Part shown: positions 38,130 to 47,742 of the stretch, piece by piece
How positions within the stretch are numbered: position 1 is the stretch's first letter
Layout: the number at the start of each line of letters is the position of its first letter
From: a bacterium
GTDB taxonomy: Bacteria > Bacteroidota > Bacteroidia > Chitinophagales > Saprospiraceae
Length of the DNA stretch: 64,000 bases
Assembly (NCBI GenBank): GCA_024742755.1
Contig: JANSXW010000017.1
Coordinates: forward strand, 2,847-66,846
Reading direction: 5' to 3'
Position numbers and translations under genes: made by a program
Notes under the pieces: model-generated
Databases searched by the model: none
Told to the model about the DNA's origin: nothing
The model's input: the letters and a program-made list of their open reading frames with translations, nothing else

Positions 38130-38324
38130 GAATAAATATACATCATCATCTCTATTTTGCTATCTCCTTCTGCTTTTATATCTTTGAGGTAACGCTTCAA
38201 GTTCGAACGGCTTAACCTACACTTCTCCCCAATTATTCCAATGAGCTGTTCTACGGCAAACTGACATATGCTCCCGTCATGTATGCTTTACCCATATTGT
38301 TTATAATTAATATGCACAAATTCT

Positions 38325-39401
38325 ATGGAAGCCAAAGACAAAATCCTTATTATCGAGGATGAAGCCTCTATACGGGAAACCCTCGAAGACCTTATGCTGG
38401 CCCGGGGCTACGAATATATCAGTTTTGATAATTCAGAAGATGCCTACCTGTATTTAATGAATAACGATGACATCGATCTGGTGCTCAGCGATATCATGCT
38501 GCCAGGCCGCAGCGGGCTTGATATGCTGGACAGTATCCGCAGCCGCGCTAAATTTGAACTTATACCGGTAATCCTGCTCACGGCCAAGGTGGAAGAAGAG
38601 GATGTCCGGCTTGGCATACAGAAAGGTGCCGACGACTACATCCGCAAACCCTTTAAGACAAAACACCTGTACGCGGCGATTGCGACTCAGCTGGAACGGT
38701 ACAAAAAACTCAGGACATCACAACAGCGTATTAAGGACACTGTAGATGTACAAGATGAGCTGCTGGAAAGCATCGCTGTCATCAACAGTCACTGGGTGCG
38801 TGCGCCGCTGACCAATATTTTTGCCCTCCTCAACCTGGCTGAAGAACAGGGACAGCCGATAGGGGACAAAGAGCTCCGGTACATGCGGGCCCAACTGGAG
38901 ACTCTGGACGAAATGCTCAAGGCCGTAGCCGCTCAGGTGAATGGCTACCGGGCGAGTGGCAGTTTCCGGTTCAGGGAGTTCCGGCTCCCTTCCCAGCAAT
39001 CGGACATCATTGCCGTAGATGATGATTCGATGCAATTGACCTTTTTGAAATTTCTGTTTAGAAAGCACCTGCCCGAAGCCACGCTCACCTGCTACACCTC
39101 ACCCGAAGAAGCACTGGAGCAGATCGTTTCCCGCGAAACCCTGCCCGACCTGCTTATCACAGATCTGCAAATGAGCCCGATGAATGGCTTTGACCTGGTG
39201 GACCAGCTGCTCGAAAAAGAAATCCAGCTCCCCGTTTTTATACTGACGAGCAGCATGCATGCTACGGATATTGAGAAAGCCATGCACTACAAAAACATCT
39301 ACCAGTTTTTGCAAAAGCCAATCGATGGCCAAAAGCTAAAGCAGGTCTTTGCTTCTTCCTCTGAACGGAGTGGAAGCATACAGGCCTGGATGTCTGAGTA
39401 A
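38325..39401 (+). CDS. response regulator with REC - HisKA-like - REC architecture
   Basis: REC1 (IIEDE, LSDIMLP, LTAK, KPF), central SHWVRAPLTNI helix pair, REC2 (VDDD, ITDLQMSPMNG, LTSS, KPI). No HATPase motifs. Confidence 0.85.
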   Translation: MEAKDKILIIEDEASIRETLEDLMLARGYEYISFDNSEDAYLYLMNNDDIDLVLSDIMLPGRSGLDMLDSIRSRAKFELIPVILLTAKVEEEDVRLGIQKGADDYIRKPFKTKHLYAAIATQLERYKKLRTSQQRIKDTVDVQDELLESIAVINSHWVRAPLTNIFALLNLAEEQGQPIGDKELRYMRAQLETLDEMLKAVAAQVNGYRASGSFRFREFRLPSQQSDIIAVDDDSMQLTFLKFLFRKHLPEATLTCYTSPEEALEQIVSRETLPDLLITDLQMSPMNGFDLVDQLLEKEIQLPVFILTSSMHATDIEKAMHYKNIYQFLQKPIDGQKLKQVFASSSERSGSIQAWMSE

Positions 39402-39411
39402 TAAACAAATA

Positions 39412-41289
39412 ATGCACTTGCTGAAAGAAGACTTAAGGGCACTATCCTGTATACTGGAGTATACTTTTGCCCGTGAAAACCATTTTTACGCTATCATGTT
39501 GACAGATGAGGCGTGTTATCTGTCCAAAAACTTACAGGAACTGATTCCATATGCAGGTAGTGTAACAAAAAAAGTGATTTTACTGGACTGGCTTGGAGAG
39601 GCTGTACAGCCTTGGCTGAAACAACACCTGAACCATGTGCCCACAGAGGGCTGTACGATGCCTGATTTGCAGAATGCTCCGCTATCGCTCCCTCATGCCC
39701 CACATCTGCAGATGCGTAAACTAACGCTTTTAAAGCTGCCTGTGGCGAAACAGGACTATATAATTTGTTTATTAGAAACCGAGCCTGCGGCCTCTTTAGT
39801 GGAGGGCCCTGTCCTTGACCCGTCAACCCTCATACATCAATTTGATTTTTTTCACCTGGTTGATAACGCCTTGTCAGGGGTGTGGTATGTCAATATGGAA
39901 AAGGATGTTGCATATGCCAGCGCAGGATACCACCATATGTTGGGGAACGATCCGAAGTTGAATACACAATGGCAGTCAACCCTGATAAAGGAAGATTTAC
40001 CCCTGGTCGAGGCTTTTTTGGCAACCCTCTTTGAAAAACGGGATGATACGCCACAGAAAGCTATTTTTAGGCACAGGCACAAAGACGGGCATATAGTGTA
40101 CGTTATGACAATTGGCCAGGCCGCTCGCGGAGCAGGAAGATCAAAAACAAATGAAATATTCGGTTTATGGGTTGATGTAACGGAACAGGAGCAGCTCCGG
40201 GAGCAAGTGAACACTGCTAAAGAGCAGCTCAAAAACCGTGAAGCGTTATACCGGCAACTCATCCAAAACTCAAACGAGTACATTACCATAATGGACCCCA
40301 ATTTCTCGGTTGAGTGGGCTTCTGAAAATTTTTCCAATCTGCTGGGTCTCTCAAATGACCAACTGCTGGGTAAAAAACTCAGCACCTTTGCCCACCCGGA
40401 GGATGAGTTAAGGGTGAAAGCGCACTTTAAAGCGGCTGTGGAACGAGGGGATACCACCGTGGATTTTGAAGGGCGGTTCCGTACCCCGGACGGCAAGTTC
40501 ATCTGGATGAAAAGCCGGTCTGTTTTCCTGACCGATGATAATGGTGCACAAAAAATCTACACCTACCGGCAGGATATCAACAGAGAAAAAGCCATCGAGC
40601 AAAAGCAACAGGAAATGGCAAGGCTCAAAAATGAGTTTGTGTCTATGACCAGCCATCAGCTACGTACACCAATGGCCGTTTTTGCTTCCAACCTTGAACT
40701 ATTGGAAACGCTTATACCCCATGAGCAAACCGCGGTCCGGCGTATCCTCAAACGCATGAATACTGAGTCTGACCGAATGGTGCACCTGCTGGATGAGGTG
40801 CTGCTGCTCAGCCGTATGGAAAGTGGAAAAAGAGAAACACCGCAGCATAAAAAGTACGACCTTGCTGACCTTATACGTACATTTTGCGAGAGTGGTATTT
40901 GCGATGCCGCCCAGGTGCAGGCAGAACTCCCTAAAGACCCGATATGGGTCAATATTGATAAAGATCAGTTTGAGCACATCCTCATCAACCTCTTTAGCAA
41001 TGCCGTCAAGTACACACCAGCCGGCCGGCCAAAACCGGTTGTATCGCTCCACCGTACCAGGGATCATGCGGTACTGACGATTCGGGATTATGGCATAGGT
41101 ATTCCGGAGGAAGACCAGCCCCGGTTATTCCAGCAATTTGTCAGAGCCAATAATGTGAGCACGATTCCTGGTACCGGGCTGGGCTTGTACGTTGTCAAGC
41201 GGTTTGCCGACCAGAATAACATTAAAATCTCCTTTAAGAGTCAAATCAAACAAGGCACGACGTTTTATCTGGATATCCCAACCCTTTAA
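39412..41289 (+). CDS. cytoplasmic PAS-domain histidine kinase (paralog 1)
   Basis: PAS/PAC repeats, EFVSMTSHQLRTP, NAVKY, DYGIG and GTGLGL. No TM segment. Start moved to MHLLKE. Confidence 0.92.
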   Translation: MHLLKEDLRALSCILEYTFARENHFYAIMLTDEACYLSKNLQELIPYAGSVTKKVILLDWLGEAVQPWLKQHLNHVPTEGCTMPDLQNAPLSLPHAPHLQMRKLTLLKLPVAKQDYIICLLETEPAASLVEGPVLDPSTLIHQFDFFHLVDNALSGVWYVNMEKDVAYASAGYHHMLGNDPKLNTQWQSTLIKEDLPLVEAFLATLFEKRDDTPQKAIFRHRHKDGHIVYVMTIGQAARGAGRSKTNEIFGLWVDVTEQEQLREQVNTAKEQLKNREALYRQLIQNSNEYITIMDPNFSVEWASENFSNLLGLSNDQLLGKKLSTFAHPEDELRVKAHFKAAVERGDTTVDFEGRFRTPDGKFIWMKSRSVFLTDDNGAQKIYTYRQDINREKAIEQKQQEMARLKNEFVSMTSHQLRTPMAVFASNLELLETLIPHEQTAVRRILKRMNTESDRMVHLLDEVLLLSRMESGKRETPQHKKYDLADLIRTFCESGICDAAQVQAELPKDPIWVNIDKDQFEHILINLFSNAVKYTPAGRPKPVVSLHRTRDHAVLTIRDYGIGIPEEDQPRLFQQFVRANNVSTIPGTGLGLYVVKRFADQNNIKISFKSQIKQGTTFYLDIPTL

Positions 41290-41298
41290 CCCCACAGT

Positions 41299-43542
41299 AT
41301 GCCCGATACTCACCAAACCACCTTTCTACCGCCTGAGCAAGAGCAGCCTCTCCTCAACGCACACCCTTATCTGCTTCACCTCCCCGGATTCCTCCTGCTT
41401 TCCTGTGGCCAAGTATGGGTCAGCCCCAGCTTGAAAGCAACCTACCCCGAGCTGGGCGAAGATTTCTCACTCCAGAAACTGACCCGGTTTCTGCCTGAGC
41501 ACCAACGCAGCAGTTTCCAATCCTTGCTCAGCGACAGATACCGGTTGCTGGCCGCTACATTTGACCAGAAAATTCCTTTGGAGCCCCCTTTGGACAATAC
41601 CATTCTGGGCATCCGGCAGTTGTTCTATCAGGGCAGCCCGAATTGGCTGGGCATCCTCTTTTCCACTCAAAAAACAGACCGCCCCCAGCATGAAATTCAG
41701 CCTGCCCCGCCGCTTTCACCCACTGACTTTGAGCGGCTTGAGCAATCTCAAAATATAGGTTTCTGGCAATTTGACCTGCAAAACCGGCAAGTCTATTTTT
41801 CAAACGCCATTTACCATATCCTGGGATATGAACCGGGTGAACTCTCCACCCCCCTTGAACTGATTGCATCTGATGACTACCACCTCATACGGGTCATTGT
41901 TGAAGCTATGGTTCAATCCCCTCCCACTCCAAACCATAGAGTAGAAGTTAAGTACAGGCACAAGTCTGGCCGGCTAACGCCTATTTTGTTCACCATTCAA
42001 CCTCATGGGCCTAAATACATGGGCACTTACCAAAGCGTGGAAGAACCTGTGGCCCTGCGCAATACCCTAAGGCAGGTGACCGAAGAGGCCGAGCAACGCT
42101 CAAAGCGGTTTAAAGTGCTATTTGATACCTTGCCCGAGATGGTCTTCATTGCCGATGCCGCAACTGGCATTATCCTCAACTGCAATCAAGCCGTAAAGCC
42201 CAAACTGGGCTATGAGCCGGAAGAGCTGATCGGGCAGCACCATACTATTATCTACCCCGAAGCAACAAGGGAACAAGTCAATAATGCATACAGGAAAGGA
42301 AAAAAGCCTGGTCCATTACAGGTCATACCGCTCAGGACCAAAGAAGGAGAAATTATTGAAACCCAGCCTTCAGAAACCGTCATTGATTACAACGGCATAC
42401 GAGCCAGGCTTGGCATCTTCTCTGACAAGACCAAACTGGTCAGAGCAGAACAAAAAGCAGAACGCCGGCAACGCCAATACAGGCAACTCGTCAAACATTC
42501 CAGCGACCTCATTACCATCAGCAACGGGGACCTGACCGTACAGTGGGCTTCTAACAATACCAAAGCGATATTGGGGTATGCCAAATCAGAACTACAGGGC
42601 TCCAAACTACTGGATTTAATACATCCCGAGGACCTCAAACCGGCCACAGACCTGATCCTGAACGCCCTGCAGGAAGCCGAGCCGGAATTTTCCTACACCG
42701 CCCGTTTCCGGCACAAGGATAACAGTTACCGATGGTTGCAAAACCATATTATCCGGACTACCGACGATGCCGGGCAGCCCATTGGCATTACCTACAGCCG
42801 GGACATTACTGCACAAATGGAACTACAGGAGAAAAGAGCGGAAATGGACCGCCTGAAGCAGGAATTTGTCTCTATGGCCAGCCATCAGCTCCGTACACCC
42901 ATGGCTGTATTCGCAGCCAACCTGGAAATGCTTGCAGAGACAGAAGAAGCACAATCCCCACTGATAAAGCGCATTCTGGCACGCATGGAAAGGGAGTCTA
43001 CCCGCATGGTGCGTCTGGTGGATGACGTGCTTGCAGTGAGCAGGCTCAATACCGAAGAGGAACTCCAAGTCAATAAAACGCCCATTGAAATAGTAAGCTT
43101 CCTGCGTGAGATCGTGGCTGATGAAGCTTTCTACTTTGATGAAGTGCCGATTGCCCTGCACACCGAACTACAACAAGGCACCGTAGAAGCCGATGAAGAA
43201 CAGTTGACCCATATCCTGCATAACCTGCTTTCCAATGCCATAAAATACTCCGAAAGGCGCGACCCCCCGGAGGTGCATGTCCGGCAAACGGCAGCAGGCA
43301 AGATTCAGGTAGACCTCAAAGACCACGGTGTGGGTATTCCTGAGGCAGACCTCCCAAAACTGTTCCAGCAGTTTCACCGGGCCTCCAATGTAAAAAAGAT
43401 TGCAGGGACCGGGCTGGGGCTGTATATTGCAAAACGGTTTACAGAGGCAAATGCCATCGAAATTGAGGTAGACAGCAAAGAGGATATTGGCACCACTTTC
43501 TCTTTGACTTTCAATCAAACAGGACATGCACAAACACAATGA
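41299..43542 (+). CDS. cytoplasmic PAS-domain histidine kinase (paralog 2)
   Basis: Three clear PAS domains, EFVSMASHQLRTP, NAIKY, DHGVG and GTGLGL. Confidence 0.92.
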   Translation: MPDTHQTTFLPPEQEQPLLNAHPYLLHLPGFLLLSCGQVWVSPSLKATYPELGEDFSLQKLTRFLPEHQRSSFQSLLSDRYRLLAATFDQKIPLEPPLDNTILGIRQLFYQGSPNWLGILFSTQKTDRPQHEIQPAPPLSPTDFERLEQSQNIGFWQFDLQNRQVYFSNAIYHILGYEPGELSTPLELIASDDYHLIRVIVEAMVQSPPTPNHRVEVKYRHKSGRLTPILFTIQPHGPKYMGTYQSVEEPVALRNTLRQVTEEAEQRSKRFKVLFDTLPEMVFIADAATGIILNCNQAVKPKLGYEPEELIGQHHTIIYPEATREQVNNAYRKGKKPGPLQVIPLRTKEGEIIETQPSETVIDYNGIRARLGIFSDKTKLVRAEQKAERRQRQYRQLVKHSSDLITISNGDLTVQWASNNTKAILGYAKSELQGSKLLDLIHPEDLKPATDLILNALQEAEPEFSYTARFRHKDNSYRWLQNHIIRTTDDAGQPIGITYSRDITAQMELQEKRAEMDRLKQEFVSMASHQLRTPMAVFAANLEMLAETEEAQSPLIKRILARMERESTRMVRLVDDVLAVSRLNTEEELQVNKTPIEIVSFLREIVADEAFYFDEVPIALHTELQQGTVEADEEQLTHILHNLLSNAIKYSERRDPPEVHVRQTAAGKIQVDLKDHGVGIPEADLPKLFQQFHRASNVKKIAGTGLGLYIAKRFTEANAIEIEVDSKEDIGTTFSLTFNQTGHAQTQ

Positions 43543-45781
43543 ACACCCGCACCATCAGGGGCACGCCCTGCTACGCTTACTCAATGATATGTACAGCGCC
43601 CCCGGTCAGTACGTCAGCCTGCTGTGCACCAACACCGGAAAGCACTTCTGGGATACCAACCTGGCGGAGCTTTTTACAGCCCGGCACGGGGAAGCAGAAA
43701 TCACAGATACCGCTGCATTATTGAAACAAATCAAACCGGAATACAGTGGAAAGGTGCAACGGCTGCTTAGCCCTGCCTCCACCGTGCACAACAAGCCTGT
43801 CAGCATTGAACTGAAGAATGGGCTACAGTTCACCGTGCGTAGTTTTCGGTATCAGGAAGGGGATACCCTTTTCCTGATTTTTGTGTGGGGCAAAACGAAG
43901 TGGGCTTCCAATTACGATGCCGGGCAGTTGGCGCATTACCCCATGTCCAGCGAGCTGTACGAGGAGCTGCTGGAAGTTTCCCTGGCTGGATTTTGGGACT
44001 GGAACATGGCGACCAATTACGAATACCTCAGCCCGCGCTTTAAAGCCATGTTTGGGTACGAGGACCATGAAATGGAAAACCATCCCAGTTCCTGGCAAAA
44101 ACTAATCTATCCGGAGGATGCGGAACAAGTGTTTGCAGAATTCGACAAACATGTCAAAAGTAAGGGGGAATACCCCTTTAGCGTACAAGCCCGGTACCAC
44201 CACCGAAATGGCGAAACCATCCATATCTTATGCAGTGGCCGGGTAACGGTATGGGGCGAAGACGGCAGCCCGCTCCGGGCAGTGGGTACTCATGTGGACA
44301 TTACCGAGCAGGTACGGATCAAAAAAGCGCTGGAGGAAGCGCAAATCGAATACCGCAACCTCATTAAGTATTCTTCTGATATTGTGGTGGTGACGAATGA
44401 GCAGGGCCATATCGACTGGGTCTCAGATAATGTAGAGGAACAACTGGGATATACGCCGGATATGGTCCGGCAGCACACCTTTTTCCTGAACTACCTGCAC
44501 CCCGATGACCAAAAACGGGTTTTGGCGGAGGTTACTTCTTTTGTCAGACGCAATGCGGAGGAAGGGGGCTACACCGCCCGGCTGATGACCAGGAGTGGCG
44601 CCGCCAGGTGGTATGAAGTTTTTCTGCATTTTTTCTACAACGATGAAGGACAGCTGGAACAGGTTTACAACTACTGCAAAGACATACACAAAGCGAAAAT
44701 CGCCAGTGATGCACTTGTTGCCCAAAAAGAAGAGTACGCTAATCTGATTGAGTACTCGGCTGATATTGTCGTGATCTATGATAGTCAATTCCGCATATCC
44801 TGGGTTTCCAACAATATTGAACACCGCTTTGGGTATAAGCCCGAGGAGGTCATTGGCCAATACCATTCTGCTTTTATCCCTCCGCAGCAAGAACAGGAAA
44901 TCGTCATCCTGTTTCAACAATGGATCAAAGACCGCGTTGAGACCGCCGAATACACTGGCTCTTTCAGGTTGAAGTCCGGAGAAATGCGCTGGTTTGATGT
45001 TTACCTCCGCTTTTTCTACGATGACCTCGGCCAGCCCACAAAGGTGATCAACTACTGTAAGGATATCCACGAACAGCGTAACGCGCAGCAGGAGCGGGAG
45101 GCTCTGAACCAGCTCAAAGCGGAATTTGTATCTATGGCCAGCCATCAGTTCCGCACTCCTATGGCCGTCTTTGCAGCCAACCTCGAAATGCTGCAGGGCA
45201 TGGAACAGGCAGAAGACCCACTGGTCAAACGGATACTGAACAGGATGGCCACAGAATCAGACCGGATGATCAAACTGGTGGACGATGTGCTCCTGGTCAG
45301 CAAAATGGATACCAAAGGCGAGACGACCGACCCTGAACTGGTCGACCTTATCCCCTTTGTGGAAAAACTCATTCAGCAGCTTAAGCCCGGGTTTGGCGAA
45401 CGGCACATACAGCTGGACACTGCCCTGGAATACGTAACCGTTAAAGCCGACCCTACCCAACTGGAGCATATCCTCAAAAACCTGATAGAGAATGCCATTA
45501 AATACTCTCCTGGTGCTGCCGACCCTGTCATTGCCATCTGGGATACGCCATCGGGCGAAGTACAAGCCACAGTAACCGATTTTGGCATGGGCATCCCCGA
45601 ACAGAACCTTGAGGGCTTGTTCCAGCAGTTTTACCGGGGAGATAATGTCAAAAATATCGTAGGCACCGGGCTGGGGCTTTACGTTGTCAAGCGGTTTGCA
45701 GAGCTGAACGACATCAGGGTAGAGGTGCGCAGTAAGCTCAAACAAGGCACCGTTTTCACCCTTACCTTTAAACCGGTTTAA
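43526..45781 (+). CDS. cytoplasmic PAS-domain histidine kinase (paralog 3)
   Basis: PAS_3 plus two duplicated PAS/PAC units, EFVSMASHQFRTP, NAIKY, DFGMG and GTGLGL. Confidence 0.92.
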   Translation: MHKHNEHPHHQGHALLRLLNDMYSAPGQYVSLLCTNTGKHFWDTNLAELFTARHGEAEITDTAALLKQIKPEYSGKVQRLLSPASTVHNKPVSIELKNGLQFTVRSFRYQEGDTLFLIFVWGKTKWASNYDAGQLAHYPMSSELYEELLEVSLAGFWDWNMATNYEYLSPRFKAMFGYEDHEMENHPSSWQKLIYPEDAEQVFAEFDKHVKSKGEYPFSVQARYHHRNGETIHILCSGRVTVWGEDGSPLRAVGTHVDITEQVRIKKALEEAQIEYRNLIKYSSDIVVVTNEQGHIDWVSDNVEEQLGYTPDMVRQHTFFLNYLHPDDQKRVLAEVTSFVRRNAEEGGYTARLMTRSGAARWYEVFLHFFYNDEGQLEQVYNYCKDIHKAKIASDALVAQKEEYANLIEYSADIVVIYDSQFRISWVSNNIEHRFGYKPEEVIGQYHSAFIPPQQEQEIVILFQQWIKDRVETAEYTGSFRLKSGEMRWFDVYLRFFYDDLGQPTKVINYCKDIHEQRNAQQEREALNQLKAEFVSMASHQFRTPMAVFAANLEMLQGMEQAEDPLVKRILNRMATESDRMIKLVDDVLLVSKMDTKGETTDPELVDLIPFVEKLIQQLKPGFGERHIQLDTALEYVTVKADPTQLEHILKNLIENAIKYSPGAADPVIAIWDTPSGEVQATVTDFGMGIPEQNLEGLFQQFYRGDNVKNIVGTGLGLYVVKRFAELNDIRVEVRSKLKQGTVFTLTFKPV

Positions 45782-45845
45782 AAATCTCAACTCCCCACTC
45801 ACCCTTTTCCATTGCCAAACGATAGTATAGGTAAAACAGCCACCT

Positions 45846-46409
45846 ATGCCAATTAGTGCTAAAAGTACGGACGAAGAGCTGCGGCAGGCCTGCCTCAAAG
45901 GCGACCGGCGGGCGCAGCAGGCGTTGTACCAAAAGTACTATGGCAAGCTATTGGGCATTCCTATGCGATATACCGGCAATCAGGCAGAAGCTAAAGACTT
46001 GCTGAACCAAGCATTCCTTCAGATTTTCAGAAGCCTGCCGGACTACACCGAGTCCGGCAGCTTTGCGGGGTGGATGTCTACCATCACCTTCCGGGTGACG
46101 ATGGACCACCTGCGCATGGAGCAACGCTACCGGGAGCGCTACAGCCTGGAAGTGCCGGACCGGTCCGCCATTGACAGCCGTATTGAGGGGCAGCTTGAGG
46201 CAGCCGATATCTTCCGCTGCATTCAGCAACTGCCCGATTATTTGCGTGTGGTATTCAGCCTGTACGTCATAGACGGCTACAAGCATCAAGAGATTTCCGC
46301 CATGATTGGCATTACCGAAGACACGAGCAAGTGGCGCCTGCGCAAGGCCCGTCAACTGCTGCAGGCTGCCCTGGAACAAGATTATTTAAACAACGATCAG
46401 TCGGCATGA
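45846..46409 (+). CDS. ECF (sigma-70 group 4) RNA polymerase sigma factor
   Basis: Region 2 (AQQALYQKY, AKDLLNQAFLQIF, SFAGWM) and region 4 (LPDYLRVVFSLYVIDGYKHQEISAMIGI..TSKWRL..AR). Confidence 0.95.
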   Translation: MPISAKSTDEELRQACLKGDRRAQQALYQKYYGKLLGIPMRYTGNQAEAKDLLNQAFLQIFRSLPDYTESGSFAGWMSTITFRVTMDHLRMEQRYRERYSLEVPDRSAIDSRIEGQLEAADIFRCIQQLPDYLRVVFSLYVIDGYKHQEISAMIGITEDTSKWRLRKARQLLQAALEQDYLNNDQSA

Positions 46410-47002
46410 AAGACGAAGCACAACAACCTTGGGAAGCAGAAGTGCGCCGGGTGGTCGAGACGCACGAATTTGACTACGACCCGGCAGCCTGGGCGGGCAT
46501 GGAAGAGCTGTTGGATAGCGCTCAGACCACCGCAGTTGGCAAGGCTGGAAGCTGGTGGGCCGGCGCCTGGAAGTGGTTGCTGCCTGCCGGATTGATAATG
46601 GCTGGGGGGATATGGTGGGTGATGAACCGCCCGGTGCCACCCTCTTTGCAGGGGAGCTTGCCGGTGCGTACCGGAAAAGAGGAGGTTCAGCCTGATAAAA
46701 ACAGGGAGGCTGATGCGATCCTTTCAGACCTGCCGGAAATGGAAGACACCTTTGACTCAGGCAGGACTTACACGGCGCCCGTCCAAAATATACCGGTTAG
46801 AAAGTTCCGTGCCATTGCCACTGCTGATCCTGATTTGCCTGCGGTACAGTTCGTCCTTCCACCGGAAGTGCCTCTGTTGCCTGCCCGTCCTCTCCCGAAG
46901 ACACTGGCCCCTATGACTGTAAAGAGAGAGCAACTGGAAATAGATTTTAAACGGAAGCGCAACCGAAAGTCGCTGTTCCCGGAAATTTTTGAATCCTATT
47001 AA
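46406..47002 (+). CDS. putative membrane-anchored anti-sigma factor
   Basis: ATGA overlap with the sigma gene. N-terminal FDYDPAAWAGMEELLD helix, one TM segment (WKWLLPAGLIMAGGIWWV) and a Pro-rich disordered tail. Confidence 0.65.
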   Translation: MKDEAQQPWEAEVRRVVETHEFDYDPAAWAGMEELLDSAQTTAVGKAGSWWAGAWKWLLPAGLIMAGGIWWVMNRPVPPSLQGSLPVRTGKEEVQPDKNREADAILSDLPEMEDTFDSGRTYTAPVQNIPVRKFRAIATADPDLPAVQFVLPPEVPLLPARPLPKTLAPMTVKREQLEIDFKRKRNRKSLFPEIFESY

Positions 47003-47026
47003 GGCTGTTGATAAAGACGTTTTGCT

Positions 47027-47734
47027 ATGAGAAAATGCCAATTGTTGCTCTGTTTCATTCTTTTCTCCCTTGTGGGGTTTAGCCAGGACGCGCCCTTATC
47101 CAGATGGACAATGGGGCTGGAAACCGGGCTCAACTTCAGGGTAAGCTGCCCGAATTGCCCTTTTTTTGGCCATGATTACCTGGCAGATGCGGTACCGGTT
47201 GCGGCACGTACTTCTTACCGGTTGTTGTCGTGGTTAAGCATGGAAGGCGCAGTTAGCTATCAGGCCGCGCGGTACAGCCAACTGGCGGGGCTCAATTCGG
47301 GCTCGGATGTTTATGACCTGGCTTTTCGCCTGCCAGCGTTGCACTCCACTGTAGGGCCGAGGGTTCAACTCCGGATCGGACAGGGCGATCTGGGGCTGGA
47401 ATACCGTATGGGGCTGCTCACTTATACTCAATCGGTACAAGCACAAAACAGTGCAGGGTATGCTCAACGCTTCAGCTACGACTGGCAAACCGCTATTGCA
47501 GAAGCCTGGCGCCTAAGCTATACGTACTGGCCAGCTGCCCGCATTGCCGTATCCATCAACTACGAGTTGTTCACTTCACGGAGTGGGGAATACCTGAACC
47601 TTGATGCCCGGTCGGCTAAACGTCTATCCGGTAATAGCCACCTGCGAGGTGCCCTGCAGCCCCCCAGCGATACATTTTACTTTGACAACTTTCATTTTTC
47701 TAATCTTCTGATAGGGATCCACTATCGGCTGTAA
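47027..47734 (+). CDS. small outer-membrane beta-barrel, type A (module 1)
   Basis: Signal peptide, SRWTMGLETGLNF, CPNC loop, RIGQGDLGLEYR, AWRLSYTYW and terminal IGIHYRL. Confidence 0.65.
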   Translation: MRKCQLLLCFILFSLVGFSQDAPLSRWTMGLETGLNFRVSCPNCPFFGHDYLADAVPVAARTSYRLLSWLSMEGAVSYQAARYSQLAGLNSGSDVYDLAFRLPALHSTVGPRVQLRIGQGDLGLEYRMGLLTYTQSVQAQNSAGYAQRFSYDWQTAIAEAWRLSYTYWPAARIAVSINYELFTSRSGEYLNLDARSAKRLSGNSHLRGALQPPSDTFYFDNFHFSNLLIGIHYRL

Positions 47735-47742
47735 ATGCGTGA

